Shown here piece after piece: positions 18,099 through 28,900 of a stretch of 58,880 nucleotides of DNA; positions within the stretch are counted from its first letter, which is position 1; each line of letters starts with the position of its first letter. The position numbers and the translations under genes are program-made. This DNA is from Gemmataceae bacterium. Its GTDB lineage: Bacteria > Planctomycetota > Planctomycetia > Gemmatales > Gemmataceae. The DNA lies in contig CAXNFS010000001.1 in the NCBI GenBank assembly GCA_964201235.1, forward strand, positions 1-58,880. The letters are read 5' to 3'. The notes below the pieces were generated by a model, which did no database searches, was not told where the DNA came from, and worked only from the letters and a program-made list of their open reading frames with translations.

Positions 18099-20663
18099 AT
18101 GATTAACACTACCATTCAAAAAAACCACTCACCTCAAAACCAATTTTTTTTGGAAAATTACATTCCATCAAAATTTTCATTCGATGAGTTAAAATCAGGT
18201 ACAGATATTCGGGACCATTGGAAAATATTTGCCCGCTCACTCGAAAGGCTATCACCCGGTGAGTTTAATCGAAGATGGAATGAAGCAAAAGAACAACTTC
18301 GAATTAATGGTGTAACTTATAACCTTCATTCGGATACCCGGGGTATGGACCGACCCTGGCAATTAGACCCTATCCCCTTATTGATTTCTGAAAATGAAGA
18401 AAACCACTTGATAAAAGGCCTTGCCCAGCGGGCACTTTTACTTGAATTAATTCTTCAGGATATTGATGGGCCACAGAGACTTCTTAAAGAAAAACTTTTG
18501 CATCCTGAACTTGTTTTTGCAAACCCTAACTTTCATAGGGCATGCCATGGTTTTAAGCCTGCAGGAAATAAATACCTTTATTTGCTTGCAGTTGATCTTG
18601 CTCGTAATTCCAACGGAACTATCCATGCCATCAGTGATCGGTTGCAGTCCCCATCAGGAACAGGTTACGCTCTCGAAAATCGAATTGTAATGACGCAAAT
18701 GTTGCCTGATATTTTCAACAATTGCAATGTTCAACGACTTGCAATGTTTTTTAGATCTTTTAAAGAAACCCTCAAATCAATCGCTCCTAACAACAAAGAC
18801 AACCCAAGAACAGTACTTCTTACACCCGGGCCTAGAAGTGAAACTTATTTTGAGCACTCCTACCTAGCACGATATCTTGGTTTAACACTTGTTGAAGGTG
18901 GAGATCTCACGGTTCGGGACAACAAAGTTTATCTTAAATTTCTTGATGGTTTACACCCTGTTGATGTAATCATGCGAAGGCTTGATGATCGATTCTGCGA
19001 CCCTCTCGAACTTCAAGCCAACTCATTACTTGGGGTTCCAGGCCTCCTGCAATGCGCAAGAAAAGGCGGGGTGGCAATCGCCAATTCTCTTGGTTGTTCG
19101 TTTATGGAAGCCCCATCTTTAACAACTTATTTGCCAGCCCTTTGTAAAATTTTCTTGGGTCAGGAACTTATAATACCTGGCGTTCCATCATATTGGTGCG
19201 GGGACCACGAATCCCTGAAATATGTATTAAACAATCTTGATAACATGGTTTTAAAAAATGCGTTCACCTCAAGGCGATCAGAACCAATTTTTATAGAAAC
19301 ATTATCCAATAAAAAACGCGAAGAATTCATAGCTCAATTTAAAAACTCACCACAAAATTTTGTAGCACAGGAAAAGCTTCAACTTTCCACTGTTCCGGTA
19401 ATGGGGGAAAACGGGATTGAACCTCGACCTTTAGTCTTAAGAAAATTTTTGTGTTCACATAATTCAGGTTATTCTGTAATGCCAGGGGGGTTATGCAGGT
19501 ATTCATCAAGCCCTTCCACGCAGCTCATATCGGTGCAGCAAGGGGGCGGTAGCAAAGATACTTGGGTATTATCTTCGGGAGAAGTCAGTACTTTTAGTCT
19601 ACTTAACCAAAGTACCGACCCAATTGAAATTAGTAGAGGTGGTAGTGATCTTCCAAGTAGATCTGCTGACAATCTATTCTGGCTCGGCAGATATACTGAA
19701 AGAGCGGACGGCTTAGCTAGACTTCTTCGAGGCATTTTCCTGAAGCTTATTGAATCGCTTAAAATTGCTGATGGTGCAGAAATTAAATCCTTGTTAAAAA
19801 TTCTTTCTCAATATTCACAAGCTTTTTCTTCCATCAATTCTGAACCTAGCGACAAAGAGGAACCAGGCAATCACTTAATATCGATGGTATATGATAGAGA
19901 AAGAATAGGCACTTTTGCAAATGATCTTCAAGCTATTTACCGTACAGCAAGTTCTTCGCGAGATAGAATATCAATTGATATGTGGCGCGTTATAAGCACT
20001 CTGGAAATCCCTTCAAACCCAGAACTGAATATGATGCTAGAACAACCTGAACATTCAAACCTGATTACCATTCTTGATCTCCTTAACCACAACATTGTTG
20101 TTTTAGCTGCTTTTGGTGGATTAATTGCTGAAAGTATGACTAGAGGGCATGCTTGGCGCTTTCTTGATATGGGCAGAAAAATCGAAAGGGCCTCACAAAC
20201 CATACGCTTATTAAAAGGATGTATGATTGATGTTTCAACATCCGAGATACCCTTATACGAATCAATTCTAGAAATTGCTGATAGTTTAATGACTTTTAGA
20301 CGAAGGTATTTAAACAAAATAAATCCTGCTGCTGTTTTAGATTTACTTCTTTCCGATTCATCAAATCCACGATCACTTGTTTTTCAATTAAATTCCTTAC
20401 AAAACAATATAAATCACCTTTCAAAAATGAAAGATACTGGTCGTATTACTCCCCAAGAAAAGTCCATAATGTCAATGCATACTTCTGTTTTATTGGCAGA
20501 CATAGAGTATTTAGTTAGTTCAAACGAATCTGGAAAAAGGATATATCTAGAAAATCTTTTAAGCAACTTGTTTTTAGAATTGTCACAACTATCAGAATCA
20601 ATCGCCCACCATTATCTTGGACATTTGCAATTATCAAGACATCTATCAGGATCTAATTCGTGA
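18099..20663 (+). CDS. Fusion protein: circularly permuted ATP-grasp + alpha-E domains
   Basis: 854 aa. The first ~500 aa parallel the 12154 gene (GVTYNLHSD, LLTPGPRSETYFEHSYLA, VDVIMRRLDD, VQQGGGSKDTWV). The remainder carries alpha-E blocks (ADNLFWLGRYTERADGLARLLR, W.FLDMGRKIERA). Confidence 0.9.
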   Translation: MINTTIQKNHSPQNQFFLENYIPSKFSFDELKSGTDIRDHWKIFARSLERLSPGEFNRRWNEAKEQLRINGVTYNLHSDTRGMDRPWQLDPIPLLISENEENHLIKGLAQRALLLELILQDIDGPQRLLKEKLLHPELVFANPNFHRACHGFKPAGNKYLYLLAVDLARNSNGTIHAISDRLQSPSGTGYALENRIVMTQMLPDIFNNCNVQRLAMFFRSFKETLKSIAPNNKDNPRTVLLTPGPRSETYFEHSYLARYLGLTLVEGGDLTVRDNKVYLKFLDGLHPVDVIMRRLDDRFCDPLELQANSLLGVPGLLQCARKGGVAIANSLGCSFMEAPSLTTYLPALCKIFLGQELIIPGVPSYWCGDHESLKYVLNNLDNMVLKNAFTSRRSEPIFIETLSNKKREEFIAQFKNSPQNFVAQEKLQLSTVPVMGENGIEPRPLVLRKFLCSHNSGYSVMPGGLCRYSSSPSTQLISVQQGGGSKDTWVLSSGEVSTFSLLNQSTDPIEISRGGSDLPSRSADNLFWLGRYTERADGLARLLRGIFLKLIESLKIADGAEIKSLLKILSQYSQAFSSINSEPSDKEEPGNHLISMVYDRERIGTFANDLQAIYRTASSSRDRISIDMWRVISTLEIPSNPELNMMLEQPEHSNLITILDLLNHNIVVLAAFGGLIAESMTRGHAWRFLDMGRKIERASQTIRLLKGCMIDVSTSEIPLYESILEIADSLMTFRRRYLNKINPAAVLDLLLSDSSNPRSLVFQLNSLQNNINHLSKMKDTGRITPQEKSIMSMHTSVLLADIEYLVSSNESGKRIYLENLLSNLFLELSQLSESIAHHYLGHLQLSRHLSGSNS

Positions 20664-21532
20664 AATACCTGATTAAACACACTACTTGTTACAACTATAT
20701 GGATACGGTATCCCTTTGCAGGAATATCATCCATGTATCACCACGAGAATACGAAAATCAACGCAATATTTTTGAAAATATAACCGTTACACCTACTCCA
20801 GAAATAATTGAATTTCAAAAAGATTATTTCGGAAACAAAGTTTGTTTTTTTACAATAGAAAAGCCTCACAAAAATTTAACAATCATTGCTGAATACGAAA
20901 CAGAAGTAACACCTAAAAATTACACTGGGTTTCTAGACCAACCTTGGAAAAAAGTAATCGATTTATTGCATGCAGATTCCTCCATTGAAACCATTCAAGC
21001 GCTTGAATATTTATATGATTCTTATTATGTTCAGAAACATGATGATTGGAAAGAATATGCAAGCAAATCATTCCAGCCTGGGAATTTATTTTTAAACTCA
21101 GTTATGGATTTAACTTCACGAATATTTACTGACTTTAAGTACCAACCGAATGCAACTACCATCGCAACTCCATTGCATGAAGTTTTCTTACAAAAGTCTG
21201 GAGTATGCCAAGATTTTTCGCATTTCCAAATCGCATGCTTACGAAGCTTGGGAATTCCAACCCGCTATGTTAGCGGATACTTACTGACCACCCCCAATCC
21301 TGATAAACCGAACTTAATTGGTTCAGATGCTTCTCATGCTTGGATTCAAGTTTATTATCCTGGAATCGGCTGGTTTGATTTTGATCCAACCAATAATCTT
21401 AGACCTTCAGACCAACATATTATTATTGGTTGGGGCAGGGATTATGATGATGTTAGCCCAGTTAAAGGTGTCATTTTGGGTGGTGAAAACCACACCATAA
21501 CAGTAGGTGTAAGTGTAATTGGAGCAGAGTAA
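20660..21532 (+). CDS. Transglutaminase family protein (Bact_transglu_N + transglutaminase core)
   Basis: GTG start within GTGA, overlapping the upstream stop. N-terminus is IKHTTCYNY. The triad is Cys183 (SGVCQDF), SHAWIQVY and FDFDPTN. Confidence 0.9.
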   Translation: MKYLIKHTTCYNYMDTVSLCRNIIHVSPREYENQRNIFENITVTPTPEIIEFQKDYFGNKVCFFTIEKPHKNLTIIAEYETEVTPKNYTGFLDQPWKKVIDLLHADSSIETIQALEYLYDSYYVQKHDDWKEYASKSFQPGNLFLNSVMDLTSRIFTDFKYQPNATTIATPLHEVFLQKSGVCQDFSHFQIACLRSLGIPTRYVSGYLLTTPNPDKPNLIGSDASHAWIQVYYPGIGWFDFDPTNNLRPSDQHIIIGWGRDYDDVSPVKGVILGGENHTITVGVSVIGAE

Positions 21533-21536
21533 CCAA

Positions 21537-24296
21537 TCATCCTGTGTTTTTCAAACCAGAAGCTATGCTACTTATACTTTCCATTACGCCGATTTTTATT
21601 TCTTCAGAGCAAGTTGCTTCGCATCTTGATTTACCAAGCAAAACAATTTGCAGATAACTTAGTGGATCAACATAAGGATTTCTTTTCTCAATTGATTTTT
21701 GAAGAACTGGCATTTGCTCTAATAGAAATTTCTGTTTTGTTATCAAGCAAATGCTTTTTACCGATTTATCATACTCTTCAAAAATAATATTATAAATACT
21801 CTCGGCTATTTTTTTATCTTCAACAAGATCAGCATAAAGCCTTGCAATGGTCATATCAGCTTTAGCAAGAATCATTTGGCAATTATCTACCAAACTTTTC
21901 CAATAAGGCCAAGAATCATACATTTTTTGCAACAATAAAAGGTTATCAGGGTTTTCTTTAATTTTAAAATCTAGCGCACTACCAACACCAAACCACCCCG
22001 GTACCGTATGCCTACTTTGCATCCAACTAAACACCCAAGGAATTGCACGAAGATCATCAATTTTTCTGTTTGAATCTCTTCTAGCAGGCCGAGAACCAAT
22101 TCTTAATTCACCGATTTCATTAATTGGTGTAGATTGCTCAAAATATTCACGTAAACCAGGATTTTCGTAAATTAATCCCCTATATGATTTGCAAGACAAT
22201 ATTGCCAAATCATCAAGTAAAACTTTCCATGAAGTATCTAGAACCGTATCAACTTTAGAAAAACTTGAAAGTAATACCGCGTTGACAACCTGATCAAGAT
22301 GCCTTCGCGCAATTCCTGAATGGTGATAACGATCAGCAATCATCTCGCCTTGCTCTGTTATTCGTAATCTACCATTAACAGTGGCACGAGGTTGAGCAAG
22401 AATTGCTTTATTAGCAGGGCCACCACCTCTTCCAACGGCGCCACCCCGACCATGGAATATTTGAATTCGAATACCACGATCAATTGCTAGTTTTGCCAAT
22501 CTTATCTGAGCATTATGCAATGCCCAAGAAGACGCTAGCATACCACTTTCTTTACTGCTGTCAGAATAACCGATCATAACTTCTTGAAGGTTATTCCTAT
22601 ATTTCAATTGCGAGACATACGCAGGAACACACAACAATCTTTCAATGATTGAATCTGCAGATTGGAGAGGTAGCAAGGCTTCAAATAAAGGCACAATATC
22701 GATTAAACTATAATTATATTTGAGTGAAAAAAGCCCAGCTTCTCGAGCAAAAACCAAAACTTCTAAAATATGATAAGCATCGGTAGTCGAGCTAATGATA
22801 TAAGTAGACAAAACTTCAGGATTTTGTTGCTCCGTTATTGAAGCCATTGTTCGGAATGTTTTAACAACTTCGCAGGTATCTTCGGAATATTTTAATCGTG
22901 CTGGAATCAAAGGGCGATTTTTGTTTAATTCTTCAGACAAAAAATCCAGCTTTTTAGCGGGATCTAGTTGTGAATAGTTCTCCAGTACACCTTCACTTTT
23001 TAATATTTCAGCGAGGGCACGACCATGCCTATTACTATTTTGCCTTATATCTACCCTAAACAAATGAAATTTAAACACTTTAACCAAACAAATCAAATCC
23101 TTGATTGACCCATTTCCTGCATTAGAAAAGCCTTTGGATAACAAATCATCAGCGATAACTTTTAAATCATCTAGTAATTGCTGAGAATGAAAATAAATAT
23201 TTTTAGGTAATTCAACAGGGGAACCCCAACTTAGCTGTAATGTTTTTAAGTACGCAAGAGTATTTTTAAGCTTCTTATCAATTAACAAACACTTCAAACG
23301 ATAAGGTTCATTCATATCCCCTGATTCATCTATAGTGAATAACAACTTGTCATTTGATATTGAATCAATTAATTTTTGGCCTGGCGATATAAAGAGATCA
23401 GCATGACTAAGAATCCCACCAAGAAAATGAATTTGTTTGATGTAATATTTCAGAATTGTTTCTTGATTTAACTTGATAGCACTTTCCGTGACATCGTGCG
23501 TAACAAAAGGATTTCCATCACGATCTCCCCCAATCCAAGAACCAAAACTAAGAAATGCTGGGACATCTATCACTTCACCAGGGAAAACTTTTGTTAAGGC
23601 GTAATCAATATCCCGATAAAACCTTGGTACAATTTTCACCAAACTATCCATTACTGTTTCGATGACCTGACGAACCTCATCTATAACCTTGGGTTTGTCG
23701 TCACGAACGGATTTGGTTACCCAGAAAGTTTCAATTTGTTCGGCGATAGAATTTAATATTTCCGTTTTTTCACTGGGTAAAAGGATTTCATATTCCAATC
23801 GATCAAGGCATAAAGCCAAACAATCTAATTTGTCCAAAACTGTCCTTCGGCGAGCTTCACTCGGGTGAGCAGTAAATACCGGAACAATATTAGCAGATTG
23901 TAAAAGCGTATGAATTTCACAACCCTTAACCCCGGATTCACGGAGCTCTATTAATGCAGCTTCAACACTTTCCCGAAGTGGTTCACGATTATTCAGCATT
24001 TCTTTTTTACGAAGTGACCTTACCCTAGCTTGTTGCTCTGCAAGGTTTAACAAATCAAAATAAACGCCAAAGGCCCTAATAAGCAGCCTTAGATCTTTAA
24101 TTTCAATCCCATCAAGTTTAGAAATCAATTTCCGGGCTTCTATAAGACTGTTAGTTTCTCGAATTACCAATGATTTAGATTTGATTTCCTCAATTAAAGC
24201 AAAAGCCGTTTTACCGGCTTGTTTTAATATGGCATCCCCATGGATTTCACTTAACAAATGAATATCAGAATCCAATGTGCGGGGTATAATGTTCAT
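21537..24296 (-). CDS. ppc: Phosphoenolpyruvate carboxylase
   Basis: 919 aa. It has TAHPSEARRRTV, VMIGYSDSSKESG, FHGRGGAVGRGGGP and the C-terminal ...LKNTG. Confidence 0.95.
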   Translation of the reverse strand: MNIIPRTLDSDIHLLSEIHGDAILKQAGKTAFALIEEIKSKSLVIRETNSLIEARKLISKLDGIEIKDLRLLIRAFGVYFDLLNLAEQQARVRSLRKKEMLNNREPLRESVEAALIELRESGVKGCEIHTLLQSANIVPVFTAHPSEARRRTVLDKLDCLALCLDRLEYEILLPSEKTEILNSIAEQIETFWVTKSVRDDKPKVIDEVRQVIETVMDSLVKIVPRFYRDIDYALTKVFPGEVIDVPAFLSFGSWIGGDRDGNPFVTHDVTESAIKLNQETILKYYIKQIHFLGGILSHADLFISPGQKLIDSISNDKLLFTIDESGDMNEPYRLKCLLIDKKLKNTLAYLKTLQLSWGSPVELPKNIYFHSQQLLDDLKVIADDLLSKGFSNAGNGSIKDLICLVKVFKFHLFRVDIRQNSNRHGRALAEILKSEGVLENYSQLDPAKKLDFLSEELNKNRPLIPARLKYSEDTCEVVKTFRTMASITEQQNPEVLSTYIISSTTDAYHILEVLVFAREAGLFSLKYNYSLIDIVPLFEALLPLQSADSIIERLLCVPAYVSQLKYRNNLQEVMIGYSDSSKESGMLASSWALHNAQIRLAKLAIDRGIRIQIFHGRGGAVGRGGGPANKAILAQPRATVNGRLRITEQGEMIADRYHHSGIARRHLDQVVNAVLLSSFSKVDTVLDTSWKVLLDDLAILSCKSYRGLIYENPGLREYFEQSTPINEIGELRIGSRPARRDSNRKIDDLRAIPWVFSWMQSRHTVPGWFGVGSALDFKIKENPDNLLLLQKMYDSWPYWKSLVDNCQMILAKADMTIARLYADLVEDKKIAESIYNIIFEEYDKSVKSICLITKQKFLLEQMPVLQKSIEKRNPYVDPLSYLQIVLLGKSRCEATCSEEIKIGVMESISSIASGLKNTG

Positions 24297-24516
24297 GTTA
24301 AACCTTTTCTTTTTGAAATAAAAAAGTAATTAAACCTGTAAATCAATATTTAGATAGCTGTAACTTTAAAGATTCAAAAAAACTTATCCCGAGAATTTAT
24401 TAATTATAAAACTTAGCTTTAAAACCTCGACTACGAAAACTTCACATTTTATTTTATAAATTCTAACAATGTTTTCATCTTAAACTAACAATCATTTTCG
24501 AATTGTTTTAACACGA

Positions 24517-25950
24517 TTACGACAAAATATCTTTTATTATTTTTGCAGGTTCGACACCAGTCAACTTGGCATTAAGGCCTTGAAATTTAAATGTTAAAGA
24601 ATCGTGGTTAATACCTAGCTGATTTAAAATAGTAGCATTTAAATCGTATACACTTACAGGATTTTCAGTGATGTTATAACAAAAATCATCAGTTGAACCA
24701 TATGCAAAACCTTTTTTAATGCCGGCTCCTGCTAGAAAAACAGAATAGCAACGGGGATGATGATCTCGACCATAATTATTCTCTGTAATACCGCCTTGCG
24801 AATAAATCGTTCTGCCAAATTCTCCACCCCAAACTATCAAGGTATCTTCTAATAAGCCTCGCTGTTTAAGATCTATGATTAAAGCTGCAGTAGCTTTATC
24901 AACATCGTTACATTGGCCTTTTATCGCATTTGGCAACCCGCCATGGTGATCCCACCCCATATGAAAAAGTTGGATAAATCTAACATTTCGCTCTGCCAAC
25001 CTTCGTGCAAGCAGGCAATTTGAAGCATAGCTTCCAGGCTTAGATACGTCGGGGCCGTAAAGATCCATAATATGTTTTGGTTCTTTAGAGGTATCGAGCA
25101 GATCAGGAACACTAGTTTGCATCCGAAACGCCATTTCATATTGGCTAATTCTTGTTTGAATTTCCGGATCGCCAACAGCATCAAAATGCTTTTTATTTAA
25201 AGCAGCAATTCTATCAAGCGAATCGCGCCTAGCCCCGGAATCCAAACCTGCCGGGTTTGATAAATATAAAACAGCATCGCCTTTGTTTCTGAACTTTACT
25301 CCTTGATGTTTTGAAGGTAGAAATCCTGCACTCCAAAGGCGATCGTAAAGAGGTTGGTCATCAGGTCTTCCAGTGCCGAATGAAGTAAGGACAACATATG
25401 CAGGCAATTCCTGATTCTCGCTACCCAATCCATAACTAACCCAAGAACCAATGCTAGGTTTACCAGCTAATTGAGAACCTGTTTGGCAAAAAGTAATAGC
25501 AGGGTCATGATTGATTGCTTCGGTATGCATAGATCGGATTAAAGTTATATCATCTGCAACAGAAGATATTCCAGGAATCAATTCACTTAACTCCATGCCA
25601 GACTTTCCATGTTTAGCAAACTTAAAAATGGATGGGGCAATGGGAAATTTAGACTGGCCTGAAGTCATCGTAGTAAGGCGTTGGCCTTTTCTTATAGAAT
25701 CAGGGAGATCCTCTCCTTTTCTAGATATCATTAATGGTTTATTGTCAAATAAATCCATCTGTGAAGGAGCACCCGATTGAAAAAGATAAATAACTCTTTT
25801 AGCTTTGGGTTTAATGTTGGTTGTATTTCCAAACAAACGTTGTGGACGCAAGGAATCCATTGCTGCAGCAGTCATCACCGAAGAAGCACCTTTAAAAAAA
25901 GTCCTTCGGTTCAATTGATCTTGGAATTGCAAAAGATTAGAAATTTTCAT
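24517..25950 (-). CDS. DUF1501 domain protein (Tat signal)
   Basis: NRRTFFKGASSVMTAAA is a Tat leader. It has FQSGAPSQMDLFDNKP, PSIGSWVSYGLGSEN, GGEFGRT and GRDHH. The longest ORF begins with a GTG at 25959. The ATG at 25950 has AGGCG upstream. Confidence 0.9.
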   Translation of the reverse strand: MKISNLLQFQDQLNRRTFFKGASSVMTAAAMDSLRPQRLFGNTTNIKPKAKRVIYLFQSGAPSQMDLFDNKPLMISRKGEDLPDSIRKGQRLTTMTSGQSKFPIAPSIFKFAKHGKSGMELSELIPGISSVADDITLIRSMHTEAINHDPAITFCQTGSQLAGKPSIGSWVSYGLGSENQELPAYVVLTSFGTGRPDDQPLYDRLWSAGFLPSKHQGVKFRNKGDAVLYLSNPAGLDSGARRDSLDRIAALNKKHFDAVGDPEIQTRISQYEMAFRMQTSVPDLLDTSKEPKHIMDLYGPDVSKPGSYASNCLLARRLAERNVRFIQLFHMGWDHHGGLPNAIKGQCNDVDKATAALIIDLKQRGLLEDTLIVWGGEFGRTIYSQGGITENNYGRDHHPRCYSVFLAGAGIKKGFAYGSTDDFCYNITENPVSVYDLNATILNQLGINHDSLTFKFQGLNAKLTGVEPAKIIKDILS

Positions 25951-25981
25951 TGGTATCACGCCTATAACTAAGGTTTTAAAA

Positions 25982-28900
25982 CTATTCTCGATTTACTACT
26001 TCATCTAAATTGAGAAGAATATTGGCAGAAAGAGTAAAAGCTGCCAATTCATTAATATCAATTGTGTTTGCACTAGAGGATTCACCGAGTGAGGTAAATC
26101 GTTTAGCATTTTCCGGTTTCGATTTAAATTCTTGATAATCTTTATAAAATCCCTTTAGTAATATTGATAACTCCGATGAATCTGGATGTCTGCCGGTAAC
26201 GATTCTAAAACCGGTAGTTAATTTATCCTCGGGAGTATTCCCACCTTCACGAATCATTTTTTCAGCAAGTTTTCGTGCAGCTTCAACATAAGTAATTTCA
26301 TTTAATAAAACTAATGCTTGAAGTGGGGTATTAGTTCTTGATCTTTTAACGCTGCAAGCTTCACGGTTAGGCGCATCAAAAAGAAGCATGGTGGGTGGAG
26401 CCGCTGTCCTTTTCCAGATGGTGTACATTGTCCTTCGGTAAAGGGCTTCACCTTTGTCGTGCTTATAATTTCTAAGATCCCCATATCGACTTGTTTCATC
26501 CCAAACGCCTTCAGGCATATAAGGGCGAACGGAAGGACCACCTGTTTTACTTACCATTAATCCACTTGCAAAAAGAGCTTGGTCTCTAAGAGTTTCACCT
26601 GACAAACGAAGCCTAGAACCCCTAGCAAGTAGTCGGTTTTCAGGGTCTATATTTAGCAAGTTAGGATTAAGATTAGAAGATTGCTGATAAACCGAACTCA
26701 TTACCACTATTTTTTGCATCGCTTTCATGTCCCAATTCAAAGATACAAACTTACTTGCAAGCCAATCAAGTAATTCCGGATGAGATGGGAATTCGGACTG
26801 AGAACCAAAGTTTTCGCTAGTACGAACTAAGCCATACCCAAAAAACTTTTCCCACATGCGATTAACCCAGACCCTTGATGTAAGAGGATTTGAAGGGTCG
26901 ACCATCCAATAGGCGAGACCTAACCTATTCATAGGTTTATCTTTGGGAAGCGGGGGAAGAACTGAAGGTAGACCTGCAACCACCTTAGGGCCCTTTTTGT
27001 CATATTCGCCTCGAATAAGCATGAAAGTATCTCTAACTGGTCCTTCTTTCATTACCATAACACCAGGTATATTTTTCTTACTATCAACAAGATTTGTTTT
27101 AAGAAGAACAAGTTTATCGCTAGCTACCTTATGTTCTTTGAACGATGTAGCCTTGTAATATTTTTTTAATTCTTCTTTTTGTTGAAGCGATCTTTTTTGG
27201 ATATCAATTTCAAGTATTTTTGTAATATTTAATGGAATTTGAAAACCATTGAGGGTGATCAATTCTCCGGGAACTGATGAAATAGCAATCCTGAAACGAC
27301 CAATATTATGCTGGGATAAAGCTTGGTGAGACAAACTTATTTTTATTGTGGCATTTTCCGGAATATCAACCAACTGAGGCGATAAAAACATGGCTTTAGT
27401 ATTATCCCGTCGAGTCGGCCCATCAACAGCCCAGCCTTTGGAAGAATCATTGCCTAGGACATTAGTAATATCCCAACCTTTCTGCGAATAATCCGCGATC
27501 GCTTTATTGAAAGATATTTTAAGAGGTATTTTTAAAGATGGGGATGATAACTCAGCTTCAATTTTTGAGAGCACAAAGTTCCCATTAGAAAACCGGCCCA
27601 AACTTTGATTGGGCAAAGATGGATCTGGAAAGCATTCCAGCAAAATTGCTGAAAAAGCACCTTTCGAAACATTAGATGTAATGGTGTAAACATCATTGGC
27701 TGGATTTTTACCACCAGCAAGATAGGAGCCATCTGGAAGCTTGCTAAATTTTGCACCGCCTTCGGATTTAACATTCGTTGGATTTAAAGGAATCCAAACA
27801 TTATTAGTTGATTTAGTTTTCTCTTTAAATTCTGGTTCCCATTCCTTGATCAGATCATCTACTTTTCCATCAAGTTTTAGAATTAGAGCTTCTTGCTCTT
27901 TGATTGCAAGTTGGATCTTCAAAGACTCCGCATTTTGTAGAGGAGATTCAATTTCTTCAACTGGGTCTGTGTTACCACCCGTTTGATTTCCTGCCAAGGT
28001 CCCACTTTCAGGAAGATTATTAAAGAACGCAAAGAATTGGTAAAACTCTTTTTGTGATATTGGATCGTATTTATGATCGTGACACCGAGCGCAAGCCAGG
28101 GTTAACCCCAACCAAGTTTGGCTAGTGGTGTCAACCCGGTCAATAACATTTTCAATCCGCCATTCTTCTGCAATAAGTCCACCTTCGCCATTGAGTCGGT
28201 GGTTCCTATTAAATCCTGTTGCAATAATTTGAGATTTGGTTGCATTAGGAAGCATGTCACCAGCAATTTGTTCAATGGTGAATTGATTAAAAGGCATGTT
28301 TGCGTTGTAAGCATTAATGACCCAATCTCGCCAAGGCCACATACTTCGACTTGAATCGGTTTGAAATCCATTACTATCAGCAAACCTTGCGTAATCAAGC
28401 CATTGCATAGCCATTCGCTCGCCATACTGATTCGAGGCAAGCAAGCGATCAACAACTTTTTCATACGCTTGGGGAGAATCATCACGAATATAATCATCAA
28501 CTTCCTTTAGGCTTGGAGGCAAACCAATTAAATCCAAAGTAAGCCTTCGGATTAAAACCTCTTTGGAGGCTTGAGGCGATGGATTAATATTGTTAGATTC
28601 GAGGCGGTTAAGCACAAAAGCATCGATAGGATTCTTTACCCACTTGCTATTAATAACACTAGGAACATTACTTAATTTAGGAACAACAAAAGCCCAATGC
28701 TCGCCATAATTAGCACCTTCATTAATCCATTGTTTGATTAATTTAATTTGATCAGCGTTTAGTTTTTTACCTGACTTTAGCGGGGGCATTAACCCATCGT
28801 CTTCTAGTTCAATTCGATGAACTAATTCACTATTCTTCGCATCTCGCACTAAGATGTTTTTAGCCCCTGATTTACCAACAGCGAAAACCCCCTCTTTGGT

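Noticed and set aside
21532-21537. Convergent gene ends only 3-13 nt apart with no hairpin (21532/21537, 54726/54730, 45355/45369), considered as unusual termination architecture.
   Set aside because: Compact convergent ends are common in dense bacterial genomes. Nothing in the sequence requires a special mechanism.
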